A stretch of 61,091 nucleotides of DNA from a virus (IMGVR_UViG_3300015360_000046:1-61091); one strand, 5' to 3'. Positions 39,141 through 49,179 are shown, counted from the first letter of the stretch. Numbers and translations are program-made. The notes: generated from the letters alone by a model not told the origin.

Positions 39141-39433
39141 TGTCTGATTTACAATCCTTTGAAGATGAAGCACATAAACTAGTTGCTGAAGCAATAACCC
39201 TTTTAGTTAATAAACGTCGAGATTATGGCGATAATTCTTTGAAAGGTGGGCCTCATGGTATTGTGATCCGCATGACTGATAAAATGGGACGCTTGGAGAA
39301 TCTTATGGGAATATCCGATGGCTCATTTAAACCACGATCAGCCATTATAGGGGATGAACAGATTGACGATACTGTGAAAGATCTTCTGAATTATGCAATT
39401 TTATTCATGATGGAAGCACGGAAATCTAAATGA
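39140..39433 (+). CDS. Nucleotide-modification-associated domain protein (Nmad1/DUF1599-like)
   Basis: K..DYG, R..DK..RL..L, E...DT..DL.NY. Confidence 0.8.
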   Translation: MSDLQSFEDEAHKLVAEAITLLVNKRRDYGDNSLKGGPHGIVIRMTDKMGRLENLMGISDGSFKPRSAIIGDEQIDDTVKDLLNYAILFMMEARKSK

Positions 39434-40443
39434 TACAACATTGGACATTCGATGATGTATTGTTAGAACCAGTTTTCTCGATGATTAGGAGTCGCCAAGA
39501 TGTAGATTCATCTAGTGAATTTCTTGGTCTTAAACTGTCTCTCCCGGTTACCAATTCTAATATGGACACAATCGCCAGTCCAGCGCTAAGTAAGGTATTA
39601 GCTGAGTATGGAACCGTGGGCTCAATTCATAGATTTTCTCCCATTGAAGATAACGTCAAGCTGTATAGAGCTTCCGTTCATAATGGAATTAAACCTATTG
39701 TGGCAATTGGGGTAGGTGAACTAGAAATGCAACGAGCACGCGCCTTACATGCTGAGAGAGCTGATATCTTCCTTCTGGATGTAGCGCATGCCGCTAATAT
39801 TTTGGTTGTTGAGATGTACAATAATGTGATTAAGACATTCCCGAATATTAAAATTATAGTAGGTAATTTTGGTACCGGGGCCGAGGTAGAAGCATTCTTA
39901 AAGTTGTGCGATCGCAAGCCCGAAGCCATTTGTGTAGGTATTGGTGGTGGTAGTATGTGCCTAACACGCGTTGTAACAGGTGTAGGATTGCCTACGTTAG
40001 CATCAATCATAGATTGTGCGCCAGTGTGTGAAGAGAATGAGATTAAGATGATGGTTAACGGTGGGTTGCGAAATAGCGGGGATATTGTTAAAGCACTTGC
40101 AGCTGGTGCTGATCTTGTGATGCTTGGATCGATGTTTGCTGGTACAGATGAAGCATCGGGTGCCCTAAATGAATCTGGCACTAAAAAAGAATATAGAGGT
40201 TCTGCATCGTTACAATCTTATGAGATTCAGGGCAAGATTGCAAGTTGGCGAGCAGTAGAAGGGGATTCAACATGGGTACCTTTGAAAGGTCCTGCAATTA
40301 AGGTTTTGGAAAATATAAACGGCGGGCTAAGAAGTGCTTGTAGTTATCTAGACTCTTCTGATATAAATACTCTAAGGGTTAACGCTCGATTTAATTTTGT
40401 AACGTCTAATACAGTCATTGAAAATAAGGCACACGGCAAATGA
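39430..40443 (+). CDS. IMP dehydrogenase/GMP reductase family (no CBS domains)
   Basis: TFDDVLL.P, NMDT, IHRF, D.AH, GIG.GSMC.TR..TG.G.P, GG....GD..KA, YRGSAS, EG. Confidence 0.9.
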   Translation: MIQHWTFDDVLLEPVFSMIRSRQDVDSSSEFLGLKLSLPVTNSNMDTIASPALSKVLAEYGTVGSIHRFSPIEDNVKLYRASVHNGIKPIVAIGVGELEMQRARALHAERADIFLLDVAHAANILVVEMYNNVIKTFPNIKIIVGNFGTGAEVEAFLKLCDRKPEAICVGIGGGSMCLTRVVTGVGLPTLASIIDCAPVCEENEIKMMVNGGLRNSGDIVKALAAGADLVMLGSMFAGTDEASGALNESGTKKEYRGSASLQSYEIQGKIASWRAVEGDSTWVPLKGPAIKVLENINGGLRSACSYLDSSDINTLRVNARFNFVTSNTVIENKAHGK

Positions 40444-41096
40444 TTTCAAATTTAATTCCGGCGTACAAATATTTAACCGAACAGCGGAAACTATCTGAGC
40501 ATACAATTCGGACGTTTAATCTCGGGTATGTAAATCCAGAGGGTATCGTGTATGTTGGAGCAGAGTTTAATGATATAATTCCAACAATGGACAAACGATT
40601 CTTTAATTCGACTATGTTTCCCATCTTTGATTTGTATGGATCGTGCATTGGTGTATCTGTTCGACCATTGACGCAAAGTCAAACTAAATATATTAATACT
40701 GTGTATGAAAAATCAGAGCATCTCTACGGTTTGTCTGTAACTAAAGCTGCTTGTCTTCAAGAACAAAAAGTATACGTGGTAGAGGGAAATGTTAGCATGC
40801 TTCAAATGTATCAGGCTGGAATTGAGAATTGTGTTGCAATGCTTGGCTCGAAGCTTTCCGTACGTCAGGTTTGCCTGCTAAGTAGGTTTGTAAAGAAGAT
40901 TATCCTGGTGCCAGATTCAGATAAAGCAGGTATTAAATTTGTGACCAAGATGAAAGAAAATATTCCAATTAAGCTATATGATGCAGATGTACAATTTACA
41001 TATGTTCAGCTCCCAGTCGGCCAAGATCCTGATGATTATATGAGAAACAATACGAAAGAACAGTTTTTAGCATTGCCTGAATTAGATTTGCGATAA
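40440..41096 (+). CDS. dnaG: DnaG-type primase catalytic/TOPRIM domain lacking a zinc finger
   Basis: YL..R.L, F.LGY, KYINT, LYG, VVEG, D.D.AG, DPD. Confidence 0.85.
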   Translation: MISNLIPAYKYLTEQRKLSEHTIRTFNLGYVNPEGIVYVGAEFNDIIPTMDKRFFNSTMFPIFDLYGSCIGVSVRPLTQSQTKYINTVYEKSEHLYGLSVTKAACLQEQKVYVVEGNVSMLQMYQAGIENCVAMLGSKLSVRQVCLLSRFVKKIILVPDSDKAGIKFVTKMKENIPIKLYDADVQFTYVQLPVGQDPDDYMRNNTKEQFLALPELDLR

Positions 41097-41120
41097 TGAA
41101 ACAGAGAGAGGTAATTGAAA

Positions 41121-41681
41121 ATGCCTGATAAAGTTTGGTATGTTATTAGTACTCAAGGAATTGGATCAAGAGGAGTGGTAAAGATCCAAGCTATTCTTGA
41201 TACACTGAATTATGAGGGAATGCTTTGGACCCCAATTATTAAGGTTCACGCGTCTACAACCACTAAAAAGATTACAAATAAGGATACTATACTGTTCCCG
41301 AATTATGTTTTTATTCATGCTGCTATTGATGATAGCAAACTTGAACAAGCGTTAGTGGAAGGTAAGGTTGGGAAATTTTTAAAGCTACCCGGAGATACAT
41401 TGCCGACTGCTATTTCAGAGGCTGATATTGAGCATATTCGAACACTTGAAGAATCAAATGCTCAACCAACTCCTACGGATCTTATAGCTATAGAGCTTGG
41501 TAACTTAGTAGAAATCTGTGTTGGGCCGTTGATCGGATTTAAAGGGATAGTCAGCAAGATTTCTGGCCATAGTGCTTCTATAGACACCCTCATATTTGGT
41601 AGATCAACTCCTGTTAGTGTTAATATCGCGCATTTAACCAAATTAACGGAGAATAATTCAAATGAAGAAAACACGAACTAA
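41121..41681 (+). CDS. nusG: NusG-family transcription elongation/antitermination factor
   Basis: WYVI, LFP.YVF NGN domain; G..V.I..GP..G..G.V KOW domain; FGR.TPV. Confidence 0.85.
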   Translation: MPDKVWYVISTQGIGSRGVVKIQAILDTLNYEGMLWTPIIKVHASTTTKKITNKDTILFPNYVFIHAAIDDSKLEQALVEGKVGKFLKLPGDTLPTAISEADIEHIRTLEESNAQPTPTDLIAIELGNLVEICVGPLIGFKGIVSKISGHSASIDTLIFGRSTPVSVNIAHLTKLTENNSNEENTN

Positions 41682-42102
41682 ATCTAAAATTAAATTAATA
41701 GAAAAGATACATGACGAAGCTGGTCTACCACTAAATGTAGATTTCGTTGAGATAAGCATGACGAATGAGGGGTTAGAACTCCTAGCGCAAAAAAATTCTA
41801 CACTTTTAGATCAACGTAATGAGCCAGTTCTTCGAAAGCATACAATTCGGAAACAAGAGAAGCTTCTTCGGAAGGTATTTAAAGCTGCGTCCCAAGTACT
41901 AACAGATGCTCAATTTCAAATATTTACTATGCGGTATGTGTATCAGCTCCCAGAGAATGAAATCGCTCAACAAGTTGGGTGTGTACAGAATTATATTTCG
42001 AGAGCTCTTAAGGCGTCAATAAAAAAAGTACAAAAAAGATTACGTGTTCCTATAACTTTAAAAGGATTTGCTAAAGATCCTAAGAGCGCGGATGATAAGT
42101 AA
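41662..42102 (+). CDS. Sigma-70 region-4-like HTH protein
   Basis: LT..Q..IF..RY......EIA...G..Q..ISR. Confidence 0.7.
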   Translation: MKKTRTKSKIKLIEKIHDEAGLPLNVDFVEISMTNEGLELLAQKNSTLLDQRNEPVLRKHTIRKQEKLLRKVFKAASQVLTDAQFQIFTMRYVYQLPENEIAQQVGCVQNYISRALKASIKKVQKRLRVPITLKGFAKDPKSADDK

Positions 42103-42262
42103 TGAGCAGTGGCTGTGTTCATGCATGCATTCTAAATGGCAACACTTTAATGATTTTCACGGCTCACAATGTAAATTCAATGATTTAGAAGGGTGTGGTT
42201 GCTTTTGGTATGATCCAATAACTAATTTAGAGTATTTAGAGGCTGAAAATGAAGCGAAGTAG
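42092..42262 (+). CDS. Cys/His zinc microprotein family member (NL tail)
   Basis: CSCMHxxxxH...C...CGC..Y...TNLEYLE. Confidence 0.75.
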   Translation: MISNEQWLCSCMHSKWQHFNDFHGSQCKFNDLEGCGCFWYDPITNLEYLEAENEAK

Positions 42263-42821
42263 TATCTATATACGCAATCAATTATCAGAACGTGAATTAG
42301 AGCTCCTTAAAAAAGATCTCATTGATCATTGTGTTGAAGTAGCAAGCAAAATTAAGCATCTTGGCTTAGCAACGACCCAAATTACTATCATCGCGTTAAA
42401 TGCAGTAGAACGTGTCTTGTTTACATATAAATTTGGGAAGGGTGGAAGCTTAGGTGAAATTGCTAAGATGCAGGTCATGCATGACCTGCGGTTAGAGCAT
42501 ACAAAGGCATTTCCAGCATTGGCTACTAAAATAGTTTGGCCAGACCTTGTTGAGAAGAAACCGTTTGATCGACTAGTATCAATGCTTGAAAGTATTAAGA
42601 CATTAAAAAAGAGTGTGATCACTGAGATTCTTGACATAACCAATGAGGTCCTAAATGGACGTCAGCAGAAGTTATTAAAGTCTGTTTACTTGAATCCTGC
42701 TGTAACTTATGGTGAGATATGTAAACAATTTGGAACACGTGGTGTGATGACGTATCGTGAGATTAAAATCATTCACAGCCACCTGCTTAAAACAATACAG
42801 TATTTAGAGATAAATCTCTAA
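42249..42821 (+). CDS. Divergent sigma-factor-like protein
   Basis: Region-2-like segment and L..RQ..LL...Y....T..EI...FG region-4-like HTH; weak similarity. Confidence 0.45.
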   Translation: MKRSSIYIRNQLSERELELLKKDLIDHCVEVASKIKHLGLATTQITIIALNAVERVLFTYKFGKGGSLGEIAKMQVMHDLRLEHTKAFPALATKIVWPDLVEKKPFDRLVSMLESIKTLKKSVITEILDITNEVLNGRQQKLLKSVYLNPAVTYGEICKQFGTRGVMTYREIKIIHSHLLKTIQYLEINL

Positions 42822-42830
42822 GGAGATTTT

Positions 42831-43574
42831 ATGAATGATCAAGACGAGCAACAGCCTATCCCTGAACAACCAATAGAACAACCTACTCGAGAACTTACTA
42901 CAAATGAAAAGAAGAAACAAAACCGGGGGATTTTAGAAAAGCTGCCACTTGAAGTCAGACAAGAATTAGATGAGTACATTCGAGCTAAGAATCCCTCTGC
43001 AGCAAAAAAGTATATAGTTGGTAGACATGGCACGAATTATCCAATGCTTGCAAGTGTGAGTATTGTGACCTTTTATAAATACGCTGAGAAACATAATATT
43101 AAGGGTATAGACAATGTATTGCAGGCTCAAATTACTAAAACATCACCAGAATTGCTTAATGCAATTAATAAGTTGTCTGATGTAAATGCGCCAATTGGGG
43201 ATAAACGAGCAGCCTTAACAGCTTTGTACAATGATTGCGCGGCAACGAGTCGGAAGTTAGAAGCAACACAGATCAATTTTATGGATTCTCAAATTCAAAT
43301 GGTTATTCTTCAGAACCGGAAGCAGATGGTTACTATTATTGAGAAACTATCAGTATTAAATGACCAATTGTCAAAAGACTCAGATAAGAATTGGTTAGAA
43401 GAGGCGGAATTTATAGTCCAGGTTTGTACTTCGGCTGCTGTAAACTCATACAAAATTACACACGCTATAGATGAATCTAATTTTTCGAAGTTTATGAACG
43501 ATTATCGCACCAGGTTGATTGATTTGATGAGGGCATATAGATTAACTAAAGAAACACTTAAAAAGCCCATATAA
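42831..43574 (+). CDS. Helical DNA-binding protein, possibly DUF3486/small-terminase-like
   Basis: LEKLP.EVR.ELD..I N-terminal motif; helical C-terminus. Confidence 0.35.
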   Translation: MNDQDEQQPIPEQPIEQPTRELTTNEKKKQNRGILEKLPLEVRQELDEYIRAKNPSAAKKYIVGRHGTNYPMLASVSIVTFYKYAEKHNIKGIDNVLQAQITKTSPELLNAINKLSDVNAPIGDKRAALTALYNDCAATSRKLEATQINFMDSQIQMVILQNRKQMVTIIEKLSVLNDQLSKDSDKNWLEEAEFIVQVCTSAAVNSYKITHAIDESNFSKFMNDYRTRLIDLMRAYRLTKETLKKPI

Positions 43575-43625
43575 AGATAAGCTGATTTGCATCCTTCATT
43601 TCATTCTATTTTTGTGGGGTGGGGG

Positions 43626-43659
43626 TGTTAATTCTTATCTACTCCTGATATAATATACT
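43626..43659 (+). promoter_or_regulatory. Promoter cassette copy 4 (dyad replaced by G-run)
   Basis: TGTTAA-TTCTTATCTACTCCTGA-TATAAT-ATACT-ATGACCAAA. Confidence 0.75.
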
Positions 43660-43971
43660 ATGACCAAATTAACTGATGGCGGCCGTATAGCAAACGGCTA
43701 CATGGATGAACGTCGAGATTGCATAGTACGAGCTTTAGCGAATGTGGCTGATATTCCTTATTATCAGGCGCATGATTTATTTAAATGGGGCGGACGTCGG
43801 AAGCGTTGTGCATCCGACATATTGGAAACGTTACACGAAGTTAATGTAGTTGGTACTAGTTGTAGAATGCGATTAAGTCAATTTTTAGCAGAGAACAAGA
43901 CAGGTTCATTTATTGTACTTAAACGTGGTCATGCCTTTGTTGTTAAAAATGGTATTATCTGCCTATTTTGA
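43660..43971 (+). CDS. Conserved phage protein (DC.VRA...H...V..G), possibly frameshifted near the 3' end
   Basis: DCIVRALA..., GHAFVV.NG motifs. Confidence 0.6.
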   Translation: MTKLTDGGRIANGYMDERRDCIVRALANVADIPYYQAHDLFKWGGRRKRCASDILETLHEVNVVGTSCRMRLSQFLAENKTGSFIVLKRGHAFVVKNGIICLF

Positions 43972-44028
43972 TGATAAAGATGTAAATCGAAATGTTATTG
44001 TCAAATGGTTTGCGAAAGTAAATAGAGC

Positions 44029-44062
44029 TTGACAAGATAAGAATCTCATGATAGAATCAAAT
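44029..44062 (+). promoter_or_regulatory. Sigma70-type promoter; leaderless 33-aa ORF starts at 44063
   Basis: TTGACA-17 bp-TAGAAT; spacer starts AGATAAGAAT, the reverse complement of the cassette core ATTCTTATCT. Confidence 0.75.
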
Positions 44063-44167
44063 ATGACACCAAGTGATACAATGTTGTGTAGTTACTATTT
44101 AATCACGTTTGAACCTCATGAATATGTGCAAGATGAAGTGATTGAAATTGAAGAAGAGGGGTAACTC

Positions 44168-45445
44168 ATGGCTAGCGAAATGATGACAATCATGGAAAAG
44201 GTAAGCATGCGCCTGATCCAAAACAGCCCATTTTATGCAAACTTATTATCTCAGATGCGCAAGATTGAGTGTACAGGTGAACTTGCTAAACAAATTCCTA
44301 CAGAAGCAGTCGCCATTGAGAATGGCCGTATTAATTTTTATTTTAATCCTAAATTCCTTGAAACTTTGACGGTGGATGAAGCAGTTGCGGTTTTGACTCA
44401 CGAATGTAATCACGTTGTTAAAGGCCACTTAATTCGCATGCGGGATGAATATAAGGAAAATGCTCAACTTGCAAATATTGCTCAGGATATGAATGCCAAC
44501 CGTGACATTCCAAAACTTCCTAAAGAGGCGTGCACAGTTCAGACTATTACAGACCAGTTTGCTAAGCAAGGCATTAAGCTTAAACTGAAAGATGATGATA
44601 CGTCAGAAAATTATTATAAAGAACTGAATAAGCATTCTGCCAAAATAGAGATGCAACAAGGTGCAGATGGAAATCTTGATATGGTGTTAAAAGATTCGAA
44701 AGGGAAAGAGATTGGTCGCGTCTCGGTTAAATCAATCTGCAACAATAAAGATAAACAGTCCGATGCCAATGGTAAGGGTGATGTTCCAGAATTGGCTAAG
44801 GAAGTCATTCGACAAGCTGTGAAGGACGCTGTTGAGGCGACGCAAAAAGCCCGTGGAACAATTCCGTATGGCTTAGAAGAGGCTGTTGGTGATTGGTTGA
44901 AACCTCCAGTTATCTCATGGCGTACGCTTCTTAAGAAGTTCTTGGCTGCGTCTATTAAGTCGGGTTCCAAACGTAGTTGGAAGCGTCCTAATCGTCGCTT
45001 TGGCGAAGCACAGAAAGGTAAACTAAGTAATCGCTCGGTTTCGGTGACAATTGCGATTGATACAAGTGGTTCAGTTGGACCTGATGAGCTTAAGTCATTT
45101 GTTGCTGAGATGAAGGCCATTAAAGCATGTTATAAAGGCACAATGACTGTGATCGAGTGTGATGCAGAAATTCACAAGACATATAAATTGGATAAGTACA
45201 AACGTGTGCAAACAAACTTTAAGGGTCGTGGTGGTACAAGTTTTATTCCAGTGTTTAAATATATTAAAGACAAGAAGCTTAAAACTGATCTTTTGATCTT
45301 CTTTACAGATCTTGCTGGTGATCAAGAACAGTGTAAAAAACCACCATTTCCTGTATTATGGGTTGCAACTGTTTCAGCTCAGAAGATGCCATTTGGACAT
45401 GTTATATCATTAGTCGACAGCCCTGATAAACGAGACAAAAAATAA
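44168..45445 (+). CDS. DUF2201-type HExxH metallopeptidase-like + VWA domain protein
   Basis: HECNH; DTSGS MIDAS, GRGGT.F, FFTD. Confidence 0.85.
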   Translation: MASEMMTIMEKVSMRLIQNSPFYANLLSQMRKIECTGELAKQIPTEAVAIENGRINFYFNPKFLETLTVDEAVAVLTHECNHVVKGHLIRMRDEYKENAQLANIAQDMNANRDIPKLPKEACTVQTITDQFAKQGIKLKLKDDDTSENYYKELNKHSAKIEMQQGADGNLDMVLKDSKGKEIGRVSVKSICNNKDKQSDANGKGDVPELAKEVIRQAVKDAVEATQKARGTIPYGLEEAVGDWLKPPVISWRTLLKKFLAASIKSGSKRSWKRPNRRFGEAQKGKLSNRSVSVTIAIDTSGSVGPDELKSFVAEMKAIKACYKGTMTVIECDAEIHKTYKLDKYKRVQTNFKGRGGTSFIPVFKYIKDKKLKTDLLIFFTDLAGDQEQCKKPPFPVLWVATVSAQKMPFGHVISLVDSPDKRDKK

Positions 45446-45465
45446 ATACAAGGCCCCGGGAGGGG

Positions 45466-45494
45466 TTGACAAGATGATAAGTATCTGTTATAAT
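45466..45494 (+). promoter_or_regulatory. Consensus sigma70 promoter
   Basis: TTGACA-17 bp-TATAAT with TGn, preceded by GGCCCCGGGAGGGG. Confidence 0.85.
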
Positions 45495-45525
45495 AAAGTG
45501 TGGCAAAATACCAAGGGAGAACAAA

Positions 45526-46584
45526 ATGCACATTAATGACGCTAAACGATATATCAAACGTATCATTGAGAAACAAGTGCCTGTCACGATTGCTATGGTT
45601 GGCGCCTCTGGTATTGGTAAGTCTGCAATTGAAAAGCAACTAGCAAAAGAGCTTGGGATTCAATTCATTGACTTGCGTTTAGCAACACAAGAACCGTCTG
45701 ACTTGATTGGTATTCCCTATCGTGAAGGTAATCGCACTCATTGGGCTGAACCAGCTTGGTTCCCTAAAACCGGCACACGTGGAGTCATTTGTTTGGAAGA
45801 GTTAAACCGAGCTCCAAACGATGTGCGCCAGTGTATTTTCCAATTTATTTGGGATCGTGTTCTTAATACACATGTGTTGCCTGAAGGTTGGACAATTGTT
45901 TTAGCTATGAATCCTGAAACTGATGATGGTTCATATCAGGTTGAGACATTAGATAAAGCTTTAATTCGCCGATGCTCAGTCATTGTAGTTGAACCTAACG
46001 TTAACTCTTGGATGACTTGGGCCACTGATCCAACGCAAGGAAATGTTCCAGCTGAAATCACTGGGTTCATTGGTACACACAAAGACATGCTCTTCGTACC
46101 AGAAAATTTTGATTTCCCTGTTACTCGTACACCAGCTAGTTGGGGGGATACTTTATCACTCTTGCGTAAAGCAGAAGCTATTCCACAAGATCTTGAATTT
46201 GAAATCATCTCTGGGATCGTTGGCAAAGAAGCGGCAGCAGCTTTTGTTAAGTATATGGACAAACAATATGAACGGCCTGTTAATGGCGAAGAAGCATTAA
46301 AAGACTTCGCGGCTGTTAAAGATAAGATCCTTAAACAAGCCAAGAAAGCGGATGAGATGTACGTTACTATTAAGCAGATCATTGGTATCGCCGAAGCAGC
46401 TAATAATAAATTGCCTAAGAAGCAGATGGAAAATCTGATTGAATTCATTGACGTCTTGAATGCAGATACAGCAGCAATGCTCGTTCGTGAGCTTCCTTCT
46501 GAAATTGTCTCAGCCTTGGTTGAGATGGATGAGCGTATCCTTAAAGTTGGTAAGGCTTCGCGCTCGGCTCGTGAGGAAAAATAG
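45526..46584 (+). CDS. MoxR-like AAA+ ATPase
   Basis: GASGIGKS, D.RL...EP.DL.G.P, LEELNRA, A.N, LD.AL..R, PASW. Confidence 0.85.
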   Translation: MHINDAKRYIKRIIEKQVPVTIAMVGASGIGKSAIEKQLAKELGIQFIDLRLATQEPSDLIGIPYREGNRTHWAEPAWFPKTGTRGVICLEELNRAPNDVRQCIFQFIWDRVLNTHVLPEGWTIVLAMNPETDDGSYQVETLDKALIRRCSVIVVEPNVNSWMTWATDPTQGNVPAEITGFIGTHKDMLFVPENFDFPVTRTPASWGDTLSLLRKAEAIPQDLEFEIISGIVGKEAAAAFVKYMDKQYERPVNGEEALKDFAAVKDKILKQAKKADEMYVTIKQIIGIAEAANNKLPKKQMENLIEFIDVLNADTAAMLVRELPSEIVSALVEMDERILKVGKASRSAREEK

Positions 46585-46951
46585 TGGACAAGAGTGAGCT
46601 TAACGAATTAACCCATCAAGTTAAGATGCTAGAAGCATCTAATGTAGTCTTACACGTTAAAGCCATTCTGCTTGACTTGGAGATCGCTCAAGTTAAGACA
46701 TTTCCTAGTCCAGTTGACGTGGAACCATATGCACAGAAGATTGTTGCTTTTTTGCGTGAGCACCTGGTGCACTGAGATGCCTTGGGTATTTCACGACAGT
46801 TATAAAACTCAGGTACAAGCTGCAAAGTCAGGTAAAGATATTATAAATTTAGGATTGGCTCGAGGAGTAAAGATTTCACCGTTAGGGAAAAAAGGTAAAA
46901 AATTCATGTTGTATATTCTACCTTTAACAAAAGATCGTAAGGAGAAATAAC

Positions 46952-47134
46952 ATGCCAACCTATAAGCCATATGAAACTGATGCATCAGGATCAAACCGCA
47001 AATTGCGCAAAGGGTCTCGTCGTACAATCTTCGTTGCCAATAAGGTTGCCGGTCGTTTAGCTCGTAAAGCCTGTAAGGATGCACGCGATGAACGAGCTGC
47101 TGCAGCTGCTGAAAAAGCTGGCACGATCGAATAA
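46952..47134 (+). CDS. Small basic protein
   Basis: SD AAGGAG, Arg/Lys/Ala-rich. Confidence 0.55.
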   Translation: MPTYKPYETDASGSNRKLRKGSRRTIFVANKVAGRLARKACKDARDERAAAAAEKAGTIE

Positions 47135-47135
47135 T

Positions 47136-47444
47136 ATGGATCAATGGGCGAATCTTAATGACTTTTCTGCATGGGATGGGAATTTGCTTTGTCCTATATG
47201 TAAGGCAGATTCATCTAAAACCCTTGTAGGCAATCATTGGAAGTGTTCAGGATGTGCTCATTTGTTTAATCAAGATAAATCTAAACTGGATGTTGATTGC
47301 ATTTGCGACAAATGCCAAGTAAAGGCGAATGAGCAAGCAATCAAGATTACTAAGAAACAGGATAAGACTGTAAAAGTTCTTAAACAATTAAAAAAATCTT
47401 TAAAAAAGAATGAAAAAAAGCCTCAAAAGAAGATCAAAAAGTAA
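47136..47444 (+). CDS. Zinc-ribbon protein with Lys-rich tail
   Basis: CPIC..CSGC..CICDKC. Confidence 0.55.
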   Translation: MDQWANLNDFSAWDGNLLCPICKADSSKTLVGNHWKCSGCAHLFNQDKSKLDVDCICDKCQVKANEQAIKITKKQDKTVKVLKQLKKSLKKNEKKPQKKIKK

Positions 47445-47513
47445 ATTTAGACAAATAGTACAACCTCCCTGTGCTATCTGTCACTCTTATAAAAGAAGAA
47501 GAAGAAGATTCTT

Positions 47514-47768
47514 ATGAATAGTTGTTCAAAAAGATATAAGTTTAAATTAGGGTTTATTAGAATTAAAGATAAGCATTTATTTCTTATCTCAAATGCTTTC
47601 TATACCTTAGAAGCTAAGAATGTTATAGAGTTGATTAGAACATGTCAAGATTGTCAATTTAAAGAAGTCTTAACTCTAGATCAAGAAACAGTAATTGAAT
47701 GCGTTAAACAGTATCCTAGCGCGTTTAAACCACTACTGCGAGCGTTTATAGAATCATGGATGAGCTGA
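47514..47768 (+). CDS. Hypothetical protein
   Basis: ORF with CxxC. Confidence 0.45.
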   Translation: MNSCSKRYKFKLGFIRIKDKHLFLISNAFYTLEAKNVIELIRTCQDCQFKEVLTLDQETVIECVKQYPSAFKPLLRAFIESWMS

Positions 47769-47956
47769 ATCAGTTATGTAAAACCTGTAAACATCAGTTT
47801 AAACTGCATCAAATGGCAACTTTTGGAGTTTGGTATTGTGACTTTAACGATGAATGCCTATGCAACAATTTTGAGCAGCAAACTCCCCCTGAATCAGGCG
47901 AGTATGCCTTAGAATTTCAATACGATGAGAATGACACGACATATCGATTAAATTAA
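47756..47956 (+). CDS. Cys/His zinc microprotein family member (no NL tail)
   Basis: CKTCKHxxxxH...C...CLC..F. Confidence 0.7.
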   Translation: MDELNQLCKTCKHQFKLHQMATFGVWYCDFNDECLCNNFEQQTPPESGEYALEFQYDENDTTYRLN

Positions 47957-48095
47957 GGAGCTTAAAATGGCGCTAAAGAAAAAAGGTACACCCGAGAAGC
48001 TTAAAATAGTTAAAGAATCTGACTTGCAAAGATTTATTAAAATCATCAAAGATGCTATTACACCATTGCACCTCACTAAGAAAAAAGAAACAAAA

Positions 48096-48146
48096 TAGGT
48101 CTTTAGACCTAGATACATTCTTATCTATTCATGGTATAATTATAGT
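48096..48146 (+). promoter_or_regulatory. Dyad-promoter cassette copy 5; leaderless 37-aa ORF 48147-48260
   Basis: TAGGTC-TTTA-GACCTA, GATACA-TTCTTATCTATTCATGG-TATAAT. Confidence 0.8.
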
Positions 48147-48262
48147 ATGAATACTTTGGAAATTGAAGACCTTGAAGAAATTACTGTAGGTTGTCAATGT
48201 GATGAATGTCAATTTGCGTTTATTAGTTATAAGTCGTGGCAATACTCTAAGGAGAACTAAAA

Positions 48263-48517
48263 ATGGATAGTCCTGTTCTAATTTCGTGCGCGGAATGCAG
48301 TAATTTTAACACTGAATCTTTACCGGCAATGGTCCAACATATTTTGACTGCTCACCCAGAAAGTTACAATAATGAGCAAGCGTTGCATTATGCACAACTT
48401 TGGCAAGAAGAGGCGATTGAGCAGCAAGAAGTAGAAGATCTAGAACGCGCGAATTATTTTCGTCGGCATGGTGTTGATCCACAGGGAGATTGGGATGACG
48501 AACGTCCGGGTAAATAA
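48263..48517 (+). CDS. C2H2-like zinc-finger protein
   Basis: CAEC...HILTAH; SD AAGGAG. Confidence 0.55.
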   Translation: MDSPVLISCAECSNFNTESLPAMVQHILTAHPESYNNEQALHYAQLWQEEAIEQQEVEDLERANYFRRHGVDPQGDWDDERPGK

Positions 48518-48883
48518 ATGAACGTTAAATTCTTTGATCTTGCACGTAAAGTGTCTAAACTTTCAGATCATAAACGATTTGGGCTTGGTGCTGTTATTGT
48601 TAGTGGATCAAAAATCATTAGTGTAGGAGCAAACAAACTTAAGACGCATCCAAAAAGTACTCATCCATATCAAAGTTTGCATGCAGAGATGGCAGCTATA
48701 ATCTCTGCTCATCAAGATCTTTCTAAATGTGACATTTACGTGTATAGAGAAACGAAGCAGGGAGTTCAAGCAATGGCTAAACCATGTATTTATTGTCAAA
48801 CAATGATTAAAGAAGCAGGAATACGGACCGTTTATTATAGCAATGCTGGGATTTATCAGCAGCTTAACATGTGGGAAAACTAA
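48518..48883 (+). CDS. Cytidine/dCMP deaminase-family protein
   Basis: GAVIV, HAE, PCxxC, AGI..V.Y. Confidence 0.85.
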   Translation: MNVKFFDLARKVSKLSDHKRFGLGAVIVSGSKIISVGANKLKTHPKSTHPYQSLHAEMAAIISAHQDLSKCDIYVYRETKQGVQAMAKPCIYCQTMIKEAGIRTVYYSNAGIYQQLNMWEN

Positions 48884-49179
48884 TGTTCCTACTAACTAAT
48901 ACACGATACCTTTTAATTGTGTTGTCACTGCTCCTTTCGAGTTGTACAAGTATTCGCTATATTACACCTATAAATGGTCAATTAGTTACTGACAAACATC
49001 AACCGGTTACGGTTGTTGGAAGTCCCCATGTACGATGTAGTTCTAATAATTCAAATAAAGTATACACCGGATTTTTTATGTATTACGATGATGACGGTGC
49101 GGTTGTATTAAATGATTATGGACGTGGAAAGATTCGATTGTATACCAATCCTATCTGTATATTGAGTAGAGATGATTAA
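48883..49179 (+). CDS. Putative lipoprotein
   Basis: Hydrophobic N-terminus with LSSC lipobox. Confidence 0.55.
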   Translation: MFLLTNTRYLLIVLSLLLSSCTSIRYITPINGQLVTDKHQPVTVVGSPHVRCSSNNSNKVYTGFFMYYDDDGAVVLNDYGRGKIRLYTNPICILSRDD

